From: Candidatus Woesebacteria bacterium | GTDB taxonomy: Bacteria; Patescibacteriota; Microgenomatia; UBA8517 | Assembly: GCA_013374835.1 (NCBI GenBank) | Contig: CP055307.1 | Location: 10,447-74,446, forward strand | Direction of reading: 5' to 3' | DNA length: 64,000 bases | Shown: piece after piece, positions 39,490 through 46,359 of the stretch | Numbering within the stretch: the first letter of the stretch is position 1 | How the letters are laid out: each line of letters begins with the position of its first letter | Position numbers and translations under genes: made by a program | Notes under the pieces: generated by a model | Databases searched by the model: none | Told to the model about the DNA's origin: nothing | What the model saw: only the letters and a program-made list of their open reading frames with translations

Positions 39490-41433
39490 TTAATCTACAA
39501 TAACTAAACTTTTAGGTCGGACAGCATATGCATGCATCATTAAATCAAGATCGCCCAATACATTTGAGATATACCCTTCAATCTTTGAATTAAACCTGTA
39601 TTTTACCGGTTTTCCACCCCAAATAACATTTTTTGGATCGCCCAAATCACCAGTTAAAAATTGGTATGTTGAAATCATGATCATCTCGGAAAACGCAGTT
39701 TCTGCAATACCTTCTTTTTGGTTATCGTATTCTTCTTTTAATCCATAAAAAAGCCTTCCTGTTGCGAATTTATCAGTATAATATGCATCAATCTTAAAAG
39801 CTTCTAGCGCGTCTCCTAGGTTTGGAGTTAGTATAATAGGTTTATATATATCAACATCTTCATCTAATTCTGTTACTATCTGAAAAAATATTTTACTTCC
39901 CTCCCTAAATCTTGTGTTGCGATTAATCTTTCTGCTTTGATTTTCTAACAACTCTTTCTCAAAATTTAACATTTCTTCCTCCAAGAATCTTATATTATTA
40001 AGGTCTGCCAGTCCTTTCTGACTCTTTGAACGCTTACTCAACTCTATATCTCTACCTTCTAAGATTATCTCGAGCCAACCATCTTTTTTGTTATGGAATT
40101 TAAAACTTCCTAACTGCTTATACCATCCGTTCTTGCCTGCTCCTGGTCTCCAAACCATGACATCAGAGGTTTCTTCATCGATTTTTACATATCCCCTTAG
40201 TTCATGGGAGTATCTTCCCTCTGCTTCACTTATCACTTCTTGGGGTGTGTATTCATTTACAGTTGCCTTTGTTTCAAGGTATTCTTCTTCTGTTATCCCA
40301 TATCTTTCCCAGGGCTTATCTTCAAAATCAAAGTAATTTATTTCATCAATGCTTCTGAAAATTGACTCCCTTGGTATTTGAGGCCCGGCTGCTACATTTA
40401 CAGTATCTGGATTTTTTACATCTAAAGCACTCCAGCCATACCGTCCATCGCTGTACCGGACTAAGTACCATTTATATCCATTGGCTTGTGTTACAAAAAC
40501 TTTACTTTCTTTATATGTGTCTACAGAAACATTTCTGGGATCTACGTTTCCAGGTAACTCAGGAGGTAGTCCAGTGGGTGTAACTATTGATGTATTGGCA
40601 TCCAGGGTTTGTGTTATTATGTTTTGATTATTTGAAGTATTTGGTTCACTTCGAACATTAAGCTCAACCGGACCAACAAACACTCTCTTTGTTAAAAATA
40701 CAGCTTCTCCTTCGGTAATTATCTGGACAATATTTCCTTCTCCATCTAATTCCGCCATTATCCAAGAGCCGGCTCCTTCGGTTATTAGTTCTCCATATCC
40801 GAGTTCTTTGTATTTTGCTTTCAACTGGGAGTCTGTCTGTTCATTAAGTTTTATGGTTTTAATTTTTGATCCAGGGAGAAATCCGGATTCTTTGATGAAG
40901 TGTAAACTAAATTCTCCACCATCTTTCTCTCTTATGATAATGGGTTCGCCTGCCTTTACATCTCTTTCTCCCATCTTTAGATCGCTTTTTGCCCTCATTA
41001 TCACAGCTGCTTCTTTTGGAGGGTTTACCCCATCGTAATCAAAGAGTATTTCCAGCCCCATGTCGGCACCTTCTATACGCAGGTCGTTTATCCAACCCAG
41101 TGCATAATCAATCTGTTCTTTTAAGCCTTGGGTTTCAAACTGAATTTCGGGAGTTAAATACCCATTTAGATTTTCCTCGAGTTTAAGTTCTCTGAAAGTA
41201 AGCGCAGGCTCTATTGGCCTGTTATACTCAGGCTCTATCAATCTGGCGGCATCGGTATCTGTAAGATTAAATTTCTCAATCGATGCCTGAACTTGAATCT
41301 CGGATTGCCTTTCCTTTATCTCCAAACCTGGAAGCGCAGTCATAGTAAGTGCTGAAGCCGCACCCCATTCCAAGACTTGGCGCCTTGTTAGCTTTGTATC
41401 AAACACCTTCTCTACCAAATTATCAGGTGTCAT
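39490..41433 (-). CDS. paralog 3: Tat-signal-like secreted SH3b-domain protein
   Basis: 'LTRRQVLEWGAASALTMTALPG', with a shared C-terminal block and SH3b-like 'VELNVRSEPNTSNNQNI…GYKWYLVRYSDGRYGWSA'. By manual counting the start codon lies about 1 nt from the ORF-track coordinate. Confidence 0.6.
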   Translation of the reverse strand: MTPDNLVEKVFDTKLTRRQVLEWGAASALTMTALPGLEIKERQSEIQVQASIEKFNLTDTDAARLIEPEYNRPIEPALTFRELKLEENLNGYLTPEIQFETQGLKEQIDYALGWINDLRIEGADMGLEILFDYDGVNPPKEAAVIMRAKSDLKMGERDVKAGEPIIIREKDGGEFSLHFIKESGFLPGSKIKTIKLNEQTDSQLKAKYKELGYGELITEGAGSWIMAELDGEGNIVQIITEGEAVFLTKRVFVGPVELNVRSEPNTSNNQNIITQTLDANTSIVTPTGLPPELPGNVDPRNVSVDTYKESKVFVTQANGYKWYLVRYSDGRYGWSALDVKNPDTVNVAAGPQIPRESIFRSIDEINYFDFEDKPWERYGITEEEYLETKATVNEYTPQEVISEAEGRYSHELRGYVKIDEETSDVMVWRPGAGKNGWYKQLGSFKFHNKKDGWLEIILEGRDIELSKRSKSQKGLADLNNIRFLEEEMLNFEKELLENQSRKINRNTRFREGSKIFFQIVTELDEDVDIYKPIILTPNLGDALEAFKIDAYYTDKFATGRLFYGLKEEYDNQKEGIAETAFSEMIMISTYQFLTGDLGDPKNVIWGGKPVKYRFNSKIEGYISNVLGDLDLMMHAYAVRPKSLVIVD

Positions 41434-41577
41434 ATTATCCTATAATATCATAAAATGAATAAATTTTACAGTATGAAGTTTTCTTTGAGGTGAGCCTTCC
41501 CTCCCCCGATTAAAACGGGGCTTGACGAAGCATCTATATAATCCAAAACCCACTTTAGTTATTATACTACAAGGTGA
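41434..41577 (-). promoter_or_regulatory. conserved promoter / 5'UTR element (copy 3 of 3; carries a ~45-nt insertion)
   Basis: See copies 1 and 2. The inserted segment reads 'ggtgagccttccctcccccgattaaaacggggcttgacgaagc'. Confidence 0.45.
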
Positions 41578-41584
41578 GAAGGGA

Positions 41585-41956
41585 TTAATTAACTTTTTGT
41601 TTTTTGTAATAATTTATAATTTCCTGAAACAATTCTTTGTAATATCCTGTTTTCTCCTTATAATTAAATATCAATTCTGCTCCAGCATACATAGCTTTCC
41701 CTAAACTTTTATCTTTTTCTTCAATATCCCTAAGCCACCATATTTCTCCATTAAAAGTAAGGTATTCACATATTGCAGAAAATTCTTGAATAGAAATCTT
41801 TTTTTCTAGGAAATCTTCAACTGCCAGTAAAAATACTTTTTTAATGTCTTCCATTTTAAACCTGTTCCAAAAAAATTTGGGTTTTATTCCGAAACTTCTT
41901 TGATATTTATGAATAATATCGCTTACGTCTGGAAGTTTGTTGTTTTTATAATTCAT
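41585..41956 (-). CDS. hypothetical protein
   Basis: ORF with an ATG start. Basic, with no motifs recognised. Confidence 0.4.
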   Translation of the reverse strand: MNYKNNKLPDVSDIIHKYQRSFGIKPKFFWNRFKMEDIKKVFLLAVEDFLEKKISIQEFSAICEYLTFNGEIWWLRDIEEKDKSLGKAMYAGAELIFNYKEKTGYYKELFQEIINYYKKQKVN

Positions 41957-42074
41957 AATTTTAAAAATAGAAGGACATGGGGTTTATACCCTATCGTGGT
42001 AGCTGACACGATTAACTGCTCTTATGTGCAGCAAGTCCTTCTTTGATAGCTACTTATTCAATTATAACTCGGCA

Positions 42075-42308
42075 TTATCCGATATTTGGATATTGTCGAG
42101 TCACTCGACCAGTGTTCTGGTTTACTTCATGGATGCCCCAGCAATTACCACTCTGGTCAGTGTCGAACGATCTGCGATAGTTCGAGCTTGGATCGTAAGA
42201 CACAACATGCCAATGGTCGCCTCTGTTATAGGCATTGCTGTGATTGAAGCTCCATCCACTCTGGTAAACAGTTATTCCTGGTCCTGATGGAAACACAGGA
42301 AAGGACAT
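42075..42308 (-). CDS. small hypothetical protein S1 (77 aa, from the ATG preceded by a GGAGG SD, not the TTG-extended ORF-track start)
   Basis: 'gagaaaggaggaaggcggATGtcc' reads SD-8nt-ATG, located at the 3' edge of repeat R1. No signal peptide. Confidence 0.45.
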   Translation of the reverse strand: MSFPVFPSGPGITVYQSGWSFNHSNAYNRGDHWHVVSYDPSSNYRRSFDTDQSGNCWGIHEVNQNTGRVTRQYPNIG

Positions 42309-42315
42309 CCGCCTT

Positions 42316-42617
42316 CCTCCTTTCTCAGATCTCAACTGGCGCAACTGCCAGCTAGTCTGCCCGGGATTGGGCGGAGGAGATTGGCTTTCTTGGAGTTTTT
42401 TAGCTTTACTTCTTTGGCTTTTTCTACCTTAGTGGCTTTTTTATGTTTGGCCTCTATTCCTCCCGCTTTTGGGAGTCGGCCGGCTATACAAGCATGAAGT
42501 TAGAAAACAGGCCTTTGAAGTTTGAGCCTAAAACCCAAGCTTTTGAAGGTGCAAAAGCGAATTTCGCACGCTTTGGGAGGTAGATTAGCAGAAGAAGAAG
42601 AAGAAGAAGTCAAGGGG
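42316..42617 (-). repeat. R1: ~300-nt conserved structured element / long 5' leader (copy 1), containing a (GAA)6 tract
   Basis: About 88% identical over ~300 nt to 44178..44474. It has the same orientation and an SD+start codon at its 3' (minus-strand) end. Several conserved hairpins (CTGGC-AGTTGC-GCCAG, CTCCC-AAAAGC-GGGAG, AAAGCG-TGCGAAATT-CGCTTT) are present. Confidence 0.7.
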
Positions 42618-42619
42618 TG

Positions 42620-43840
42620 TTACCTGATATTTCTTGATATCAAATTTCCTGCTGCCACAGCATGGGGCAATGAATTAAAAGGCTTTAATACTATCTGATC
42701 ATCTAGTATATATAGCGGGTTTTCTTTCTGCTTTGCTCCTTTAAAACAACGGTTAAAAGTCTCTGCATATAATTTGCTTAAATTTTGGTTTGGGTTTTTA
42801 TAAATCTCAATCTCAAACAAAATCCTTCGAAATACTAACAAAAAATCCACGATCCTTGACTGGTATAGTCTATCGGATAAATTTCTTAACTCTTTGAACT
42901 CAATTTCATATGCCTCAACTTCAGCCTGATATTTTCCTTTTTCAAGAAGATCAATTTCGTTTTCAAAATTTTTTAAATAACTCAAAACATGACCAAGCTC
43001 ATGAATCAAAAATAAAGATTGGTGACGAACATTAAAATTATTGTTTATATATACATCAAAACCATCTTTTTTGCTGTTATAGATGGTATACGTTTTATCT
43101 GACATTAGAACATTTATTTTTGACCTAAATTTATTTAAAAGATTATATTTTTTAAACATATATTTTTTAACTTCATGAGGTGATCTTAGGGGAAAAGCCG
43201 GCAATAAACACACTAAACAGGGTTTATTAAAGATTGAATAAAAATCACGAGAAAAATCTGTTTTTGTAAGAATTTGATTATTTATGAAATCAATTATTTT
43301 ATCTACATTTATGATAAATTTATTGAAATCTGATAAAGGAATTTTGTATTTTTTCTTATAAAAATTTATAAATTCGGACCGATGTAAACTTTCAACTTCT
43401 TTTTTTCTGTTAACTAATAATTTTATAAATTTTTCTTCTATTTCAGTTAACGGCAGATCCAGTTCATCCCAGATTTTTTTCCTATCTTCAATTCTTTTGT
43501 CAAAGACTTCTTTATCAATTCTATTGGCTACTTCAGTAGGCAAAAGAAGAAAATAATCTGACATTGCTTTTTCATATTTACTATTGCCAGGATTAAAAAT
43601 ATCTAATTTCTTTAGTGTTTTTGTCACAAAATCTTTATCTATCGCTTCACGAATTCTGTGCTTTATGTATAAATTAATAGAGCATGTTTTTGGATCCCTT
43701 AAAATTTTGTAGTCTTTTTCAGCTTCAAATCCAGCATTCAAAACTAGATCTTTGATTTTTTTGGGATCAGAAAATTTAGTATGGATTTTATATTGAGGAT
43801 AATATTCTTTAAATATGTCATTTAAGTCTTGATTTCTCAT
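42620..43840 (-). CDS. cytoplasmic HExxH metallopeptidase-like protein
   Basis: 'LFLIHELGHVLSY' is an HExxH motif, and glutamates follow about 25 aa downstream ('EVEAYEIEF'). No signal peptide. The gene is flanked on both sides by the R repeats. Confidence 0.5.
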   Translation of the reverse strand: MRNQDLNDIFKEYYPQYKIHTKFSDPKKIKDLVLNAGFEAEKDYKILRDPKTCSINLYIKHRIREAIDKDFVTKTLKKLDIFNPGNSKYEKAMSDYFLLLPTEVANRIDKEVFDKRIEDRKKIWDELDLPLTEIEEKFIKLLVNRKKEVESLHRSEFINFYKKKYKIPLSDFNKFIINVDKIIDFINNQILTKTDFSRDFYSIFNKPCLVCLLPAFPLRSPHEVKKYMFKKYNLLNKFRSKINVLMSDKTYTIYNSKKDGFDVYINNNFNVRHQSLFLIHELGHVLSYLKNFENEIDLLEKGKYQAEVEAYEIEFKELRNLSDRLYQSRIVDFLLVFRRILFEIEIYKNPNQNLSKLYAETFNRCFKGAKQKENPLYILDDQIVLKPFNSLPHAVAAGNLISRNIR

Positions 43841-43950
43841 AGTTTTACAATTTTATTAAAATTAATGGAGAAAGAGTATAGCTAATATGCTATTTGGAGG
43901 GCTGGGACCCACTCTTTCTCCTTCCAGAAGTATTCGTTTAGGTCAACAAG

Positions 43951-44172
43951 CTAGGACCGCTCATCGCTTGAGACGTTCTCTGGGCTTTGACCACATCCAC
44001 CCGTTGAGCCCTGACTATTGCCAGAGGTTTCTTCAAAGCCTTTAGATGCAGAAATCGCATCTGCAGGATTCGTCTGAACAATGTGATCTGAGCCATAGTA
44101 GATTGTACGGTCAAGCTGCAATCCCCACTTGTCCGCAAGCTCTTGAGCTTTCGGCGAATACTTGTCGCTCAT
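43951..44172 (-). CDS. small hypothetical protein S2 (73 aa)
   Basis: 'ctgagaaaggaggagaagATGagc' reads SD-5nt-ATG at the 3' edge of repeat R2. Ser/Gly-rich C-terminus. Confidence 0.45.
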   Translation of the reverse strand: MSDKYSPKAQELADKWGLQLDRTIYYGSDHIVQTNPADAISASKGFEETSGNSQGSTGGCGQSPENVSSDERS

Positions 44173-44177
44173 CTTCT

Positions 44178-44474
44178 CCTCCTTTCTCAGAACTTAACTG
44201 GCGCAACTGCCAGCAAGTCTGTCCGAGATTGGGCGGGAGAGAGATCTTTCTTGGAGTTTTTTGGCCTTACTTCTTAGGCTTTTTCTATCTCAGTGGCCTT
44301 TTTTGTGTTTAGCCTGTTTCTCCTCCCGCTTTTGGGAGTTGGCCGATTTAGATAGGCATGAGGTTAGAAAATAGGCCTTTGAAGTTTTGGCCTAAAAAAC
44401 CCAAGCCTGTGAAGGTGCAAAAGCGAATTTCGCACGCTTTGGGAGGTAGATTAGCAGAAGAAGAAGTCAAGGGG
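44178..44474 (-). repeat. R2: ~300-nt conserved structured element / long 5' leader (copy 2), with a (GAA)3 tract
   Basis: See R1. Confidence 0.7.
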
Positions 44475-44477
44475 AGG

Positions 44478-45053
44478 TTAGTTTATATCTACCAGTTTGG
44501 TTTCGGTTCTTTTGAAGCGCTCGTAGGAGGAGTTGAGCATATTAAGAAAACTATTTGGATCTTTTGGATCATTATGAATCTCTTTGGTAAAGAACCAGAT
44601 TGTGTTGTGGATCGCCATCTGAACATTTTCGTTGGAGAAATTATCCGGGTTTATATAAAGATTTACTTTTAGAACACCGTTTTCAAAAGATATGCTTGCG
44701 CTACTTAGATCTTTTTCTTGTGTGCCTATTTTAAAATACGGCTGAGGTTCATTTGTAAATACAAACTCGATTTTTCTAATAGGCGTGTAAAGTTTTATAT
44801 ACTCGCTATCTGGATTTCCGTAATAAATAGTATTAATTTCACTGAATTTAGAATCGGATAATATTTCCTCCCAAGCCGTTTTATCTCCCAGCTCGGCTGA
44901 ATTAATTTGAGGGTGATTTGATTTAAAGCTAATTTCTACGCCGCCGACTTTTTCTGGAGGGAAAACAGCACTACGAATAACAAGAAACCATAAAAGAACA
45001 GGGATTAGAAGCAAAAAAAAGATGATTACCAATAAAACCTTTTTGTTAAACAT
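44478..45053 (-). CDS. hypothetical membrane-anchored protein
   Basis: N-terminal TM helix (VLLVIIFFLLLIPVLLWFLVI) followed by a soluble domain. Confidence 0.45.
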   Translation of the reverse strand: MFNKKVLLVIIFFLLLIPVLLWFLVIRSAVFPPEKVGGVEISFKSNHPQINSAELGDKTAWEEILSDSKFSEINTIYYGNPDSEYIKLYTPIRKIEFVFTNEPQPYFKIGTQEKDLSSASISFENGVLKVNLYINPDNFSNENVQMAIHNTIWFFTKEIHNDPKDPNSFLNMLNSSYERFKRTETKLVDIN

Positions 45054-45080
45054 TACTAAAATTAGTTTAGCATATTTTTG

Positions 45081-45812
45081 TCAAATATTTGAAGGGGTGG
45101 CTATTATTAGAAGTCTTTTTTTTGCTGTACCCGGCGGATCGCATGTTTGAAGAATAAGCTCTTCTTTGTCGTCTTTGGGAATGAGCCAGCTTGTTTCCGA
45201 GGGTTCTGCTATAAATTTGTAAGTTACTTTGTATTCAAATTTTTTGTTGTTATAAAATATTATTACTTTATCCCCCATCTCAAGCTCCCGTAGTCTAAAA
45301 AACACTGCATTATAATCGGCTACATTAAGGCTTGAGTCCGTTGAATGAGCGAAAAGGAAAATACTCCTTCCCTGCCCGGGGAAAAATGTATCTTTCGCAT
45401 GGGCGATGCCTTTTTTTAGAGCATCTTTATATTGATCATCATCAAAAGGATCTATGTTTGGAATTATTTTTGATTTGGCTTCAATTTTGGGAATGACTAT
45501 TGAAAAGCTTGTATCCACCCCCCACACGCGGGCTTCTTCCATTACTGCACCAACAGAATCATCTTTTACAAGATAGCGGCTTGTTTTGGGAACGGACTGG
45601 ATTACCGGTTTAGGGGTGGGAAAGGGACTAATTATTTTTTTCTCATAATAAGCGTTGAGGGGGGCGCTATAGTTAACCAAAAAAAATGTGATTGAGAGGC
45701 TTGTAAGAGAAAGGCCTAAAAGTTTAAGAATTTTTTGAAAAAGATTTAGATTTCTCATATAAAAATAGCCCCAAAAACCCAAGAGCTGCCATGGTGAGAG
45801 CAAGAAACTCAT
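45081..45812 (-). CDS. sortase family transpeptidase
   Basis: His ('FLFAHSTDS'), the catalytic 'LILQTCDP' (TLxTC) motif and a downstream Arg ('KKRLLI') are present. N-terminal TM anchor. The true start is possibly the internal M (MRNLNLF, ~45758), which reduces the overlap with the upstream gene. Confidence 0.7.
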   Translation of the reverse strand: MSFLLSPWQLLGFWGYFYMRNLNLFQKILKLLGLSLTSLSITFFLVNYSAPLNAYYEKKIISPFPTPKPVIQSVPKTSRYLVKDDSVGAVMEEARVWGVDTSFSIVIPKIEAKSKIIPNIDPFDDDQYKDALKKGIAHAKDTFFPGQGRSIFLFAHSTDSSLNVADYNAVFFRLRELEMGDKVIIFYNNKKFEYKVTYKFIAEPSETSWLIPKDDKEELILQTCDPPGTAKKRLLIIATPSNI

Positions 45813-46323
45813 CGGGCCCTGTTTCGGGCAGGGTTTGGCCTCCTTTTGTCTCTACTGTAAAGCCGGGTTTGGGTGTTCCAGTCGGCGTTGGACTGATGGT
45901 CGGTGTCGGGCTTGGTGATGGCGATTTTGTGGGAGCCGGGGTTGGGGTAGCAAACTGGGGATTTCCGGCGCTATAGAGATTACAATTATTATCCCCTTCT
46001 TTAACTCGGATGCTACAAGCTAGTGTCGCGTTTTTGGGATAATAGTGGACCTCACCGCAGTTTGATGGAGGATTTGCACAGAGCGCGTCGCTTCTTGCAT
46101 CTGTCAAACTAGCTCCCTGATCTTCCTTGGTGCAAGCACCGTCTTTATTAGTATCTCCATTTGGGCAGTTATAAGTCTCGCAACGGACGATAGCTTCCCC
46201 GTCTGGGCAATGGTACCACGGAGAGTTTTGCGCTTTTACCACGCTTTCGGCAGAAAAAAGCAGAAAAAATAATAGCAAAGATAGATTTATAAATAATTTT
46301 TTATTCATCAAAAATACTGACAA
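45724..46323 (-). CDS. secreted Cys-rich surface protein with LPXTG cell-wall sorting signal (sortase substrate)
   Basis: Signal peptide, 12 Cys and a 'PTPAPTKSPSPSPTPTISPTPTGTPKP' linker. The C-terminus carries 'LPETG' followed by a hydrophobic helix and a 'KSKSFSKNS' tail. Confidence 0.7.
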   Translation of the reverse strand: MSVFLMNKKLFINLSLLLFFLLFSAESVVKAQNSPWYHCPDGEAIVRCETYNCPNGDTNKDGACTKEDQGASLTDARSDALCANPPSNCGEVHYYPKNATLACSIRVKEGDNNCNLYSAGNPQFATPTPAPTKSPSPSPTPTISPTPTGTPKPGFTVETKGGQTLPETGPDEFLALTMAALGFLGLFLYEKSKSFSKNS

Positions 46324-46359
46324 AAAACTTTATTCAACCAAATTGAAGCGAGTCAAGTA

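Noticed and set aside
44178-44474. A possible cobalamin-riboswitch 'B12 box' (GCCACUG) on the transcribed strand of repeat R2
   Set aside because: The homologous position in copy R1 reads GCCACUA. The other cobalamin-riboswitch hallmarks could not be recognised by eye either. The element could therefore not be assigned to the cobalamin riboswitch class, and a T-box specifier/antiterminator motif (AAUUAGGGUGGUACCGCG) is also absent.
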